A DNA stretch of 64,000 bases from Octopus bimaculoides (taxonomy: Eukaryota): positions 22,542,158-22,606,157 of the forward strand of contig NC_068991.1 in NCBI RefSeq assembly GCF_001194135.2, given 5' to 3'. Each line of letters begins with the position of its first letter. The stretch's first letter is position 1. The translations under genes were made by a program, and so were the position numbers. This document shows positions 12,691 through 25,069 of this stretch, piece by piece. A model generated the notes under the pieces. That model was given only the letters and a program-made list of their open reading frames with translations, did not search any database and had not been told where the DNA came from.

Positions 12691-12899
12691 CACACATAAA
12701 TATCTGTGTAAAACAGCATGTTAAAAAATAGCCTAACATAAGTTGAAAGAAGTTCAACTACAATTTTTAAAGGTCACAGTGGAACTTGAAAAACAGATGT
12801 GAATACATCCTGTTATTCTCTTTGTTGAGAGAAAAATGGTGAAGATTGTCCTGACATGTTTCACCCTTTGTCAGAAAACTAAATCTCTCTCTCACTCTG

Positions 12900-13645
12900 T
12901 CTCCCTCCCACCACCACTTCCTTCTCCCTCCACTTCCCTCTCTCTCCATTTCCCTCTCTCTCTCAACTTCCCTCTCTCTCTCAACTTCCCTCTCTCTCAA
13001 CTTCCCTCTCTCTCAACTTCCCTCTCTCTCCACTTCCCTCTCACCCCACTTCCCTCTCTCCACTTCCCTCTCTCTCTCCATTTCCCTCTCTCTCTCCATN
13101 NNNNNNNNNNNNNNNNNNNNNNNNNNNNNNNNNNNNNNNNNNNNNNNNNNNNNNNNNNNNNNNNNNNNNNNNNNNNNNNNNNNNNNNNNNNNNNNNNNNN
13201 NNNNNNNNNNNNNNNNNNNNNNNNNNNNNNNNNNNNNNNNNNNNNNNNNNNNNNNNNNNNNNNNNNNNNNNNNNNNNNNNNNNNNNNNNNNNNNNNNNNN
13301 NNNNNNNNNNNNNNNNNNNNNNNNNNNNNNNNNNNNNNNNNNNNNNNNNNNNNNNNNNNNNNNNNNNNNNNNNNNNNNNNNNNNNNNNNNNNNNNNNNNN
13401 NNNNNNNNNNNNNNNNNNNNNNNNNNNNNNNNNNNNNNNNNNNNNNNNNNNNNNNNNNNNNNNNNNNNNNNNNNNNNNNNNNNNNNNNNNNNNNNNNNNN
13501 NNNNNNNNNNNNNNNNNNNNNNNNNNNNNNNNNNNNNNNNNNNNNCTCCACTTCCCTCTCTCTCTCTCCACTTCCCTCTCTCTCTCTCCACTTCCCTCTC
13601 TCTCTCTCCACTTCCCTCTCTCTCTCTCCACTTCCCTCTCTCTCA
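12900..13645. repeat. Polypyrimidine minisatellite (ccacttccctctctct..)n, gap-interrupted
   Basis: Repeated cacttccc/aacttccc/catttccc + (tc)n units on both sides of the N gap. Confidence 0.9.
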
Positions 13646-16373
13646 CACATATATACAAGCACATACTTCACTGTGATACTGATTATCATCACCACCATCA
13701 CCATTGTCATCATAGTTTTATGCACACTTTCTATCTTGGTAAGAGTTGAACTGGTCACTGCAGTCTGAGCTCATTCTTGTTTGGAGTTACTGGTTTTCCA
13801 GACAGGTCAGAACACCACAGCTCTCTTGTATGTCCCATTTACATACACATACACACATATGCATTTCCACATGTACATGCATGCCCACACATTCACACAT
13901 TTGTACCTGTACACCCCACCTCTATACACACACACACATACACACTCACACAATTTCTATGTTGTCTGAGTGACAAAAAAATAAAAAAATCACCAGCTTT
14001 GTGCATTGTTAATCGATAACTATTTGATTGTTCTTTTCACAAAGATGGATTAACAATATTGATGGAAATGTCAAAAGCTAAATGTCTGGGCATTGAAGAT
14101 AATCTAATTAAAGTTTCCTTTGTCTCCTTAATTTTGTAACTATTTAATTGTCTCACATCAATATGTGCATATATTGGTGCATCCATGAATGTGTGTGCAT
14201 GCATTATTGAGAGATGTATTGCAAATTCTACTTTCTATTGCACAGTAAACATTAATTTTGAGTCTATATATTTAGTCATTAGTTAACCGTGTATGTGTGT
14301 GTATTTTTAGTTAGTACTTATTTATTGATTCCAAACTTAATTACCTTCAGATTGCATTACTCTGACATTATCTTCATATTTCATTGTATTCTCTCTAGTT
14401 AGACAAATCTCTCTCTACTTCTCCTTCACTATATCTTCCTCCCCTCTCTCCTATATACATACTCTCTCATCTTACTTCAGCAGCTGTATGGATTTTATAT
14501 CAACATTGTTGAAACTTTCACTACTTGCGTTAATGTTCTTGAAGACTGGTGTTAGTGCAGGATTCTTCTTCATCCAGTCTAACTCAGTAGAAATCACAGC
14601 TGGACAAGAACAAATTATATAAAACAGTAGTGGTGGTGATAGTGGTAATAATTGCTGTTATAACCAAAGTTCTGGTCAACTGACTCTACAAAAGTAGATT
14701 TACGATGTGGGCAGTTAAGAAAATGGATCTCTTTTAGTTTTAATCATGAGTATCCTAGTTGTTTGATAACCTGAACTACCTGCTCATTGAATTAATAGTG
14801 TAAGTAGTTCAGTATTCCACAGACACTTGTACACTTAATATATTCCTCAGGTAGAACCACCATGTTGTAGACATGGGCATTTTGGTCAAGTTCCAACAGA
14901 AGATTTCTACATGAATCAACAAGGGAGTCTCTACTTGGCTTCTTGATCTACTAGAAACAACAGTCAAATCTCCCACATTACATCTTACCATCTAAGATAA
15001 AGGTAAAATGCATACGATTATGTAGATCAAGATATACACCTTATTTGAAAAAATTGAAATAGTCTCAGCTGAAAAGTCTTTTATCAGTCAGGGACTATTT
15101 AAAGTCTTTTATCAGTCACAGTTAATCTGGGACTATTTAAACAGCAGGAGATGATTTTAAAATTTTTAACTGGTTTATGTTCTAATTTTCTCATGAAAAC
15201 ATAGACTGAGAGATTTTTTCAAATTTAAACATACGCAAATTGTTATCGCAGTTGTTTTAACTGAATATCCTGCTTACTACTAATCACTCAACTGTAAAGA
15301 ATCAGGATTATGTCTGGAAATTTTGTCATTGGCAAAGTGTCAAAAAGAATTATGTGCTTTGCTTATAGATTATAATTCAGCGGGTATAATAATACAGTGA
15401 GATTTGAATTCATTACCATGTGGTCAGTAGTTGAGCCTCTTAGCATTACATACTTCAACTGTGTGTGTGTGTGTGTGTGGATATAATCTTTTGTACATCA
15501 GTTCAGGCTGAATTTCATTGATTACATTGTCGTTTTTACTGTCTCATCACATTGTGAATATTTTGTCTTAAGATTTAGAATTTAAAGATTGAAAAGCAAA
15601 TTTAAAGAACATGGGCAATTTGTCCAGGGTGATTTGATTGGCCACTGCAGGTCTTGTGATTATGTAGACACATTTTTTTTTTCACTTACTTGTCTGATAT
15701 ATATTTGGTCCTTGTTGTGTCAGTTGCCACGTTGCCTGTATTTTTATATGTTGAATGATGTGATGCATGAGCAAAACAAGTACTGAGGGACCCCTGTTCT
15801 GTCTACTTCAGTCCACTCTCAGCCTAGTTTTCTAAAATCTGATTTAACTGTATTACACTAAGTTTGCTAAGTTTTTCTGGTATGCAACTGGTATATCTGT
15901 GGTTAGCATACAACAAACACACACAACACATCATCAATAATAAAACTGGATGTGACCACATAAATTGTATTCTAGTGCAGAGAAATTGTAAAGCATTTGA
16001 TGACAATTGTGAGTGTAGTGATCGCTATAATAATGATGGATTGATGGTTGGTGTCAATGGCTGTGATGACAATGAATTTGCTGCTAATGATGAAGGTGGT
16101 AATGGAAAGTGTTGTTTCATTCCGTCATAGAGCAGCCTGAATTACTTGCTAAGCCAGTAAACACTAAATTTTTCATAAAAGACTTGTTCGTAACCTTGGT
16201 GTGAAATAGTTTTTTTTTCATAGGTTTCTTTTGAGTGCATTCAACATATCTCACCTCCAAAAATTTGGCTGCTATTTCTAGCTCACCCTACCACCATGTA
16301 ACACTTATTTATGATAAAGGACATGTAATACCTGTTACATGGTAGCAGGGCGTGCAAGAAATAGCAGCCAAAT

Positions 16374-16537
16374 CTTCCCTTTTCTGAGGAAAGGTGCCGT
16401 TTACGTGTAATTTCGATGTCACATTCGTTGAAAGCATGCGAAATAACATGGAAAAGAAAAAAAGCCCCACAGAACAAAACACCGTTGCTGGGAAACTCAG
16501 ACTTCCCCAGTGACCCAAAGGGTCACGGGTAGTCTAG
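16374..16537 (+). mobile_element. Helitron-like 3' end (non-autonomous)
   Basis: CpG-rich segment ending in hairpin GTGACCC-AAA-GGGTCAC (16510-16526), a 7-nt spacer, CTAG (16534-16537), then T. The 5' TC end is not confidently located. Confidence 0.5.
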
Positions 16538-17290
16538 TAATATAATATAGTTGACTTTGGTGATAAATAATGTCAGACTATTGGACAAGACTATTAATTA
16601 CTTACTCTATTATTTTGGCTGTTGTAACCATTCTTTAGTAGTAGTAGTAGTAGTAATATGATGGGTGAAGACATAATCTGTATAGTTGAGAGCTTGCTTC
16701 ATAATCACATGATTCTGAGTTTGAACTCAATATGCAACATATTGGCCAAATATCTACAGTAGGTTTGGGTTGATCAATGCCTTGAATGTGAGAGCAGGTA
16801 CACAAAATATGGTGCAGTAACCCATTGAATGGACTCTGCCTGTTCCTATGTAGAAACATAAGAGCAGCTATACCTATCCTTTGCTTAACTCCACCATGTA
16901 ACCCATAAGTGCTTTTAGTGGAGGGGGAGGGGGTCATACTGTGGTAATCATTTAGACCTGGTCTCCAGTCCAAGGATATCTTGTGGTTTCATCTTCCCTT
17001 GTCTCCAACTTTTCTCAGATGTTTTGGAAATACTCTTAGATCTTGCTCTTCTTCATCTAATTAAGTAATTAAAGATCTTTAAAAATAATTGTGCAGATGA
17101 TAATCATTTATTTATTGCATATACAAGGTCAATTTTAGCTAGGGATTGATTCAATCCCAGTATATTTCTAGTAGTTAGTTTATTAACCCTGGAGGTTGGA
17201 AGGTGAAGTTGACTCTGACTGGAACTGAACTTAGAATGTACACTGATAAAAATAAGCATTATATACTTCATAGCACATCACTGTTTAGAC

Positions 17291-17459
17291 CAGTAGTTTG
17301 CAACCGTTCCACAGTGGTTCCCAACCCTTTTATTTAAGTGAGTTTTCCCACGGACCCATTTTAATATGCTTATCCTTATGTATGTATATATATGAAATTT
17401 TGAATCTAGTTCACGGATCCCCAGTACTACTTTTGCAGACCACTGGTTGGGAACCACTG
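17291..17459. mobile_element. hAT/Charlie-type MITE
   Basis: 15-bp TIR cagtggttcccaacc (17312-17326) / ggttgggaaccactg (17445-17459), with an extra degenerate TIR at 17291. 8-bp TSD gtttagac/atttagac. Confidence 0.8.
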
Positions 17460-18696
17460 ATTTAGACCATGGTTGGGAAACCTTTTACATGCTAGACACA
17501 AATTGTAAGTGCGCTAGAACCCTATCATATTCCATGTGTATTGAGAAAAATAATGAATTTTTAATTTTGCAAATTCATAACTTTTTACCAAATTAAAATA
17601 CCATTATGGTCTTAAGGCTTAAAATATTTTTTTTTTTTTACCATATGGGCTTTTAGAGACTACATCAGAGAGTGGTTTTAAATTCTAACATGGTTGAGGA
17701 ATCCCCAGACCTAGTTTGAAACCAGTTCATTCTCTGTACAAATATAGAGGCTATATGACATGACATTTCTGCTTTTCCCATAGGTATTAACAACAGAAAG
17801 GAGTAGTTATAACTTTCAATTGTTATAAGGTTATGGAAATTGTTATTCAAAAATTGATAAAAATAATAATTTCTTTTGGCCATAAAAAGAATGGGCTATA
17901 GTTCATTGAAGTGATGCCAGCATATTCTTAATGTATATTGTATTGAACATGAGGCTAGTAAAGACGAAGTCACCCACAAAACTGGAAAGGACCAAATTAG
18001 CTATCAGCAATGCACCTAATTTCATGTTCTCTTGGTTACACCAACTCCCCTGTTGCTACTGATTGCCAAAATGTTCATCAAATGAGGATTTAATAATTAT
18101 CTTAGTATTTTAAAATAGAAACAAAACAAAATGTCATTAACATTGTTTACATCGAGAAAGCTAATGAGGTTGTTTTTCCCTTTTTCTTTTTTTTCATTTA
18201 TTATTGAAGTGCCAAACTGTTACAAAGCAACTATTTTCTTGTTTTGATTTTTGTTGTTGATCTGTTTATTAGATATAAATTGGGTGGGGAATAAAACAAT
18301 GAGTTTCTTTTTTTATTCTTCACTTTTTATTTCTCATTATATTATATAACCAGTTAATTATAAATAGCATCCTTTCATTTATCATCACTATAACTAATAA
18401 TCACTTTTTGTTATAATCTGCTTTCACTGCTGATATAGCTTTTCTAGCATTGAAGTCTCAGAGCTCCTTGCAATATACCTGTCCCCTAACCATTTTGTAT
18501 GAAGAATCTTAACTTTTTAAGATGTGACATTGGTGCAATACCCTTTTGTTAAAGGGTATTGCTAAACACTACCTACTTATTCCTTCAATGGCTTTGACTT
18601 ATTTTCTCCCTCTCTTACCAACTCTCCCAGTATCTGTTACTCTCTACAGCAAGTTTTTCAACCTGAGCAATTTCTCTTGCGTACTTCTAGGGTGGA

Positions 18697-18989
18697 GTGA
18701 AGGTGCATGGCTTAGTGGTTAGGAGTATTCGGCTCACAATTGTGCATTGTCCTTGAGCAAGACACTTTATTTCACATTGCTTCAGTCCTCTCAGCTGGTA
18801 AAAATGAGTAGTACCTGTATTTCAGAGGGCCATCCTAATCACATTCTGTCACACTGAATCTCCCTGAGAACTACGTTAAGGGTCTGCATGTCTGTGGAGT
18901 GCTCAGCCACTTGCATGTTAGTTTCATGAACAGGCTGTTGCATTGGTCAAATCAACTGGAACCCTCATCATCATAACTGACAGTGCCAC
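18697..18989 (+). mobile_element. tRNA-derived SINE
   Basis: A-box tggcttagtgg; body shared with 2954-3240, 40865-41169 and 47572-47950. Confidence 0.8.
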
Positions 18990-19180
18990 CTCTACATTAT
19001 ACAAGAGAAATTACAAGTATATGCAGCGTCTGTAAAAGAACATTGGAATTTTAAAGGCACCATAACCAACTACTTTATAATTATGCACTCTCATATTTCA
19101 CAAATAGTATTTTGTAAAAGATTAACTTTGTCAAATATTTTGTTTGGAAATTTTGACTTGTAACCTGGATATAAGTACAG

Positions 19181-19472
19181 ACCCCTTTCAGTCATGAATG
19201 ATCATGGGATTGCACTTAGAAAGTTCCCCTCCAAGGCACAAGTCTGGGCAAGGTTGCTTATGGAAGACCAGTCTCTCCAGTGATGTTATCCAAGAGAAAG
19301 GCAAAGGCCAATACAGCTTGGCACAGTAACATCACAACACATTTCTGCAGCTGAGTGGACTGGAGCAATGTGAAATAAAGTGTCTTGCTAAAGAACACAA
19401 CATGCAGCCTGCTCGGGGAATTGAACTCACTACCTCTTGATTGTGAGCCTAAAGCTCTAACCACTGAGCCAT
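19181..19472 (-). mobile_element. tRNA-derived SINE (same family as 10943-11286)
   Basis: Colinear with 10958-11285 (gggattgcacttagaaagttcccctccaaggca ... ctaaccactgagcc). Confidence 0.8.
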
Positions 19473-19674
19473 ATAACAAATTAGACATTGTCTGTTTTAT
19501 GGTATCCAACCATGTTATACTATATTTTCCACAAGGGCTTTGCAAGACAACTAGACATGACAAATGGGCCCACTGGAAAAAACTTTGAGAACCTCTCTAC
19601 TTTACAACTTTAATACTCTAACATCAAGATATAACTACAATGCCCTAAAGCCCATTTTTTCCTCTCTTGTGTGT

Positions 19675-19708
<34 letters not shown>

Positions 19709-20536
19709 CAACAAGCTCAACTCCTAACTTTGTTCAGCATAGTCAGTCTCAGGTAGGTTCTACTTCTGATACTCTGTGGTTAAATGACTAATCATGAAAG
19801 GCCCCTGTATGAAATTTTACAAAAGCTTTCTCCCAATTATAACAGGACAAACAAATGTACTCCCTGCCCCCGTCTGATGGGAGGGAGGGAGGGAGGGAGG
19901 GAGAGATGTGTGTGTAAGATTTCTCAGTAAAATTTAACAAGCTTTAAATGCCAAGGAAGTATATTAGGAAATCATATGGTTGTAGATATCTTTTGGGTGA
20001 GGTAAGACTGACTAATACAATCGTATGAAAGGGGGAACATAACTGGTGCATCACAGAATTTTCCACACAATGACAGTCTTGATTTGTCATCAGTAACTGA
20101 TTTATTGCTCACTTCAATGTCAACTCTAATCGAGCAGACAATGACAGACTTACCATGTAGCCACTCCAGATCATTTTCTTTTTGGTGTAACTAGTCTACT
20201 ACATTATCTTATGTATCCTTGCTTATATTTGGTTGTTATTTATACTAGGTCAAGCAGTTGCTTACTACTAGGTCAAACAACTGCTTAGATGTGGCTGCTA
20301 TTTCTGCTAATTGAAGCAACTGCTTGTTTGACTCAGTAACTTCCTTCAAGATTTTCATTATTCAACTGGTAAAACCCAGTAAACCGATGTAGTCAGTTGT
20401 TGTAGGATTTCCTGATTGTTATTCTTTAGCTTCAGGACAGACCAGTGATTAAAATCTTCATTCCAGCCCAGATCATCCTGTTTTTTCCTTGCAGATAATG
20501 TATGGAAGGATATATATATATATATATAAATATATA

Positions 20537-22357
20537 TAGGGTGTGATGGGTAAATTGTCATCATCATCATCATCATCATCATCATCGTTTAACGTCCGCT
20601 TTCCATGCTAGCATGGGTTGGACGATTTGACTGAGGACTGGTGAAACCGGATGGCAACACCAGGCTCCAGTCTAATTTGGCAGAGTTTCTACAGCCGGAT
20701 GCCCTTCCTAACGCCAACCACTCAGAGAGTGTAGTGGGTGCTTTTACGTGTCACCCGCNNNNNNNNNNNNNNNNNNNNNNNNNNNNNNNNNNNNNNNNNN
20801 NNNNNNNNNNNNNNNNNNNNNNNNNNNNNNNNNNNNNNNNNNNNNNNNNNNNNNNNNNNNNNNNNNNNNNNNNNNNNNNNNNNNNNNNNNNNNNNNNNNN
20901 NNNNNNNNNNNNNNNNNNNNNNNNNNNNNNNNNNNNNNNNNNNNNNNNNNNNNNNNNNNNNNNNNNNNNNNNNNNNNNNNNNNNNNNNNNNNNNNNNNNN
21001 NNNNNNNNNNNNNNNNNNNNNNNNNNNNNNNNNNNNNNNNNNNNNNNNNNNNNNNNNNNNNNNNNNNNNNNNNNNNNNNNNNNNNNNNNNNNNNNNNNNN
21101 NNNNNNNNNNNNNNNNNNNNNNNNNNNNNNNNNNNNNNNNNNNNNNNNNNNNNNNNNNNNNNNNNNNNNNNNNNNNNNNNNNNNNNNNNNNNNNNNNNNN
21201 NNNNNNNNNNNNNNNNNNNNNNNNNNCTGATGCTTCTAATGTTTCAGCTTTTCTCTCAAGATACTTACACTCTGACGGGTATTCACATTGACATTACACA
21301 TCCAACGGAGCATACTGGCTTCATTCCTTGCAAGCTTATGTATGTCCTCAGCAGTTACAGCCCATGTTTCACTGCCATGTAGCATGGCTGTTCGTACGCA
21401 TGCGTCATACAGTCTGCCTTTTACTCTGAGTGAGAGTCCCTTTGTTGCCAGCAGGGGTAAGAGCTCTCTAAACTTTGCCCAGGCTATTCTAGCAGCTACA
21501 CTTTATATTTTATATTTTTAATTTCACACATGTGCATTGTTTGTTTTTGATTTTGTCAACTACACAGTATAGTAGGCACCATCTGAGAAAAACAGCACCA
21601 TGACACATTTCACTCTGCCAGAAATTTGGAAACACCATGCTCTACTGCTTGGCATTTGCACTGGAAGCTTCAGTACAAACAGATGGTGAACACACAGTAC
21701 AACTGTTGGCTTGGTGTGCCCCTAAAGCATGTACTGAGAGTGATAAAAATCAAACATCCAGTCAACATCATGATGTTTTGAGTGATCACTAGTGATGGCA
21801 ACGTTATCCCTCCAGTCATCTTTCCACAAGTCATCAGACTCAACATGGTGGCCTACATCAAGTGTCTGGAAGAGGTAGTGCTGTCTTGGATCAAGACGGT
21901 GGCTGCTAGAAGACCCTATGTCTGGCAACAGGATTCTGCACCATGTCACACATGCAGGAGAACCCAATCATGGCTGTCAGACAATTTTTGTGACCACATC
22001 ACCCCCTAACATCTGGCCACCTAACTCCCCAGACTGCAACCCCCTTGGTTATTATGTATGGGGCACAGTTGAGCGAGAGCCCCCAACAGAACTCCTTGTA
22101 ACACCAAAGATGAACTGAAGGCAAGGATTTTGGCTGCATTCACTAACTTAAACAAGGAGACCATCCAAGAGAATTGCAGGAGATTCCAAAGTCATCTGGA
22201 GGCCGTAGTTGAAACCAATGGCAATTTTATTGAATAAATTTACTCTTTAGTATTTCAAGATATTTTAATGTAATTCTGGTAAATATATCTGTTAAAATGA
22301 GATGTCAGTGTTATTTTCATTTTTGCGTAATTTAGAAAACAGTTTATTCACCGCACC

Positions 22358-22360
<3 letters not shown>
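20537..22360 (+). mobile_element. Tc1/mariner superfamily transposon of the maT (DD37D) type, deleted and pseudogenised, with a nested RTE
   Basis: Ends TA|(t)agggtgtga.. and ..ccgcaccctg|TA. Transposase remnant 21730-22237: YVWQQDSAPCHTCRRTQSWLSDNFCDHITP-NIWPPNSPDCNPL(G)YYVWG...EAVVETNGNFIE*. There are 37 residues between the 2nd D and the (mutated) 3rd D position. A second left-end copy lies at about 52979-53075. Confidence 0.85.
20561..21502 (-). mobile_element. 5'-truncated RTE LINE inserted into the maT element
   Basis: (cat)n tail + cgtttaacgtccgctttccatgctagcatggg at 20561-20620. 21228-21502 is the reverse complement of RT C-terminal sequence at 33585-33850. Confidence 0.88.
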
Positions 22361-22414
<54 letters not shown>

Positions 22415-22417
<3 letters not shown>

Positions 22418-22682
22418 CTATATTTAAGAGATGAGGAATTATGTACATTATTTATATTATTTACATTTGATGGATATTTGTCCTCATCTTGTTTGTTGTT
22501 AACACAATGTTTCGGCTGATATATCCTCCAGCCTTCATCAGGTGTCATGAGGAAATTTTGAACTTGGGTTCTCGTTCCTAAGGTATTTTTCGATGTTATT
22601 ATTATTATTCAGGTCACTGCCTGGAACCGAACTCGGAATCTTTGGGTTAGTAGCCTGCACTCTTAACCATTATGCCATATGC
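22415..22682 (-). mobile_element. tRNA-headed SINE carrying a hammerhead motif
   Basis: Minus strand: A-box TGGCATAATGG (22677-22667), B-box-like GTTCGGTTCC (22632-22623), (aat)n linker, hammerhead at 22546-22501, 3' end into (TA)n. Confidence 0.7.
22501..22546 (-). ncRNA. Minimal type I hammerhead ribozyme motif (probably decayed)
   Basis: GACAC CUGAUGA A GGCUG-GAGGAUAUAU-CAGCC GAAAC AUU^GUGUU. 5-bp stem I, 5-bp stem II, intact core. Stem III reads ACAU where a palindromic ACGU would be expected. Confidence 0.6.
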
Positions 22683-23862
22683 TCTCCTCATCCATACACA
22701 GCACATGACCATATCAACACAGATGTCTGTCTTGTACACCACATCTGATACTTCTTATGTCCAACATTTCTCTAAGGGTGCTTACACTGTCATGTATGCA
22801 CACTGACATTGCACATCCAGTGGATCATATTCGCTTCATTTCTTTCAAGTCTACACATGTCCTCAACAGTCATGGCCCATGTTTCACTGCATATACACAT
22901 CCCTAATCTTACTCCTTTCTACATCTCTCTCTCTCTGTCTTTCTCTCTCTCTTTCTTTCTCTCTTTCTCTTTCGTTCTCTCCCCCTCTTCCTCTCTCTCA
23001 ATTAATGGCTATTTGAATCAAGTAATTACTTTATAGTTTATGAAATTTCAACTTTTTATTGGCCTAATTTTGGATTGTTTGATTTCCATTTGTTTTACCC
23101 ACTACTCCCACCAATTTCTATTATTTTTTTTTTTTTTTTTTTTTTTGTTGGGTTGTGTGGATATTATACCTAGAGAAGTGAAATAAACTGATGGCAATTA
23201 TGCAACAATTTTTTTTCCTGTTTCTTGAATATTTCAAACAAACTTGCTTGTTATGAAACTGAAAGTATTGTCTCTTTTATTTGTCTCTCTTTTCACATGA
23301 ACATCTTGACTGCTTCTATGGGTGTGGATATAGCAGCAGAAAAACTCAGTGCTCTCTACGTAGATGCACTTTATACACTACAAATGCATAAATGTACATA
23401 CATGCATTTGACAAATATAAATATGTGCATGTACATACATGCACGTATACAGCTATGTACATGCATGTACATATGCACACTGCAATGTACATGCACACAT
23501 GCACGTACATATGTACACATGCAAATATGCACACTGGAACATATTAGAGGGAGAAGGAGGGAGAAAGAAACACGATGATCAAACCACTGTTACATGCTTT
23601 TGGTATGAAAGCATTAGCTTTCTTCAGCTGTTGGACTAATTCACAAACACACACTACAGTAAAATTAAACAAATAAAATGGTTCGAAATAAAACAGAATT
23701 CTAAAAGCAAGTTGAGTTTCAAACATATTGACCTTGAAAAGAACATGGGGAGAGGGAAAGAGAGAGAGAGCCAGACGGGTAGACAGACAGAGAAGGAGAA
23801 GGGGTTAGTGAACTGTTAAGCAAGCAGGTTGGGTAGTGGAATAGACAGGTGCTGAAGAAAGC

Positions 23863-23894
<32 letters not shown>

Positions 23895-23916
23895 GCCTTC
23901 CATTGCACACCTGTCT

Positions 23917-23960
<44 letters not shown>

Positions 23961-24477
23961 GTATGTGTGTAACCTGTCTGGAAGTACCAAGATTCTTTCT
24001 TTGAGCACTTGTTTGTTTGGGATGTTGTTTTAATTTTGTTTCTTTTTTTTCTTTCTCTTTGAAATGTTCAGCTGTGAGATGTGCCAAAACTTAGTTCTGA
24101 ATTGGTGTTATTTAAGTATCATGAAAACATCTTGTATTCTTCTTCTTCCAACCAAAGCACTTGATGTACAGAATGTAGAAGGGCAGGTTTGGCTGGTCAA
24201 TTTGTTGGACAGTGAGGAAGAGGTAGTAGCCTAAAGCTGAATACCTTTCATCATAATCATCATCATCATTATTATTACTAAGGTGGCTAGCTGGCAGAAA
24301 ATGCTTTGCAGCATCTCTTCTGAGTTCAAATTTAGCAAAGGTCAACATTACCCTTCATATTTTTTTGTGGTAAATAATTTAAAGTACCAGTAAAATACTG
24401 GGGTTGATGTAATCAGTATCCCCCACCCAAATTGCTGGTATTGTGCCAAAATTTGAAACTGTTATTATTATTATTAT

Positions 24478-25011
24478 TGAGTGAGAAAGCAGTGCATGCC
24501 ATCAAAGTGACTGGGGTACAAATATATGAAACCCAATATACCCATCATGACTACCCGTCTAATAAGGGTATACTAGGCATATGCATCATAATCATATGTA
24601 CATGACATGGTGATCTCATATCAAGATAAATAGTGCATGACTGCAAGGTGGGGCATGACTGGGCTCCACCTCACAGGTGGAGCTCATTTAGAATTTTCTT
24701 CATATCAAGTTGAACAAAACACTGTTTCTAGAGCTGAATTATTTAATCTCCCCCCCCCCCTCACTTCCTCTCTACACATGGCTATGGTTCTCCCCCACTA
24801 CCTCTGCTCATGATTAGAAATGCACATATCAGCCATGAAGGGACATGCTCAACTGGTTAAGGTCAAGTAATTGACAAGGAAATTTGTGGGATTGAGCAGA
24901 ATATTTGCTGTAGCCCATCTTTTACACCAAGACAAAACATGTACATGATAACACTTCCAACCAGTTAAAATCAGAAGACATAAGAGCCAGTACCTGGTAT
25001 TGCATCAGGGC

Positions 25012-25015
<4 letters not shown>
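24478..25015. mobile_element. Interspersed repeat bounded by (TTA)n tracts (SINE- or LINE-3'UTR-like)
   Basis: Non-coding, higher-GC segment between (tta)n tracts; resembles a common octopus repeat from memory. Family not named. Confidence 0.45.

Positions 25016-25069
<54 letters not shown>

Noticed and set aside
18535-18562. Perfect 12-bp hairpin gcaatacccttt-tgtt-aaagggtattgc
   Set aside because: Roughly expected by chance in 64 kb of AT-rich DNA; no supporting context.
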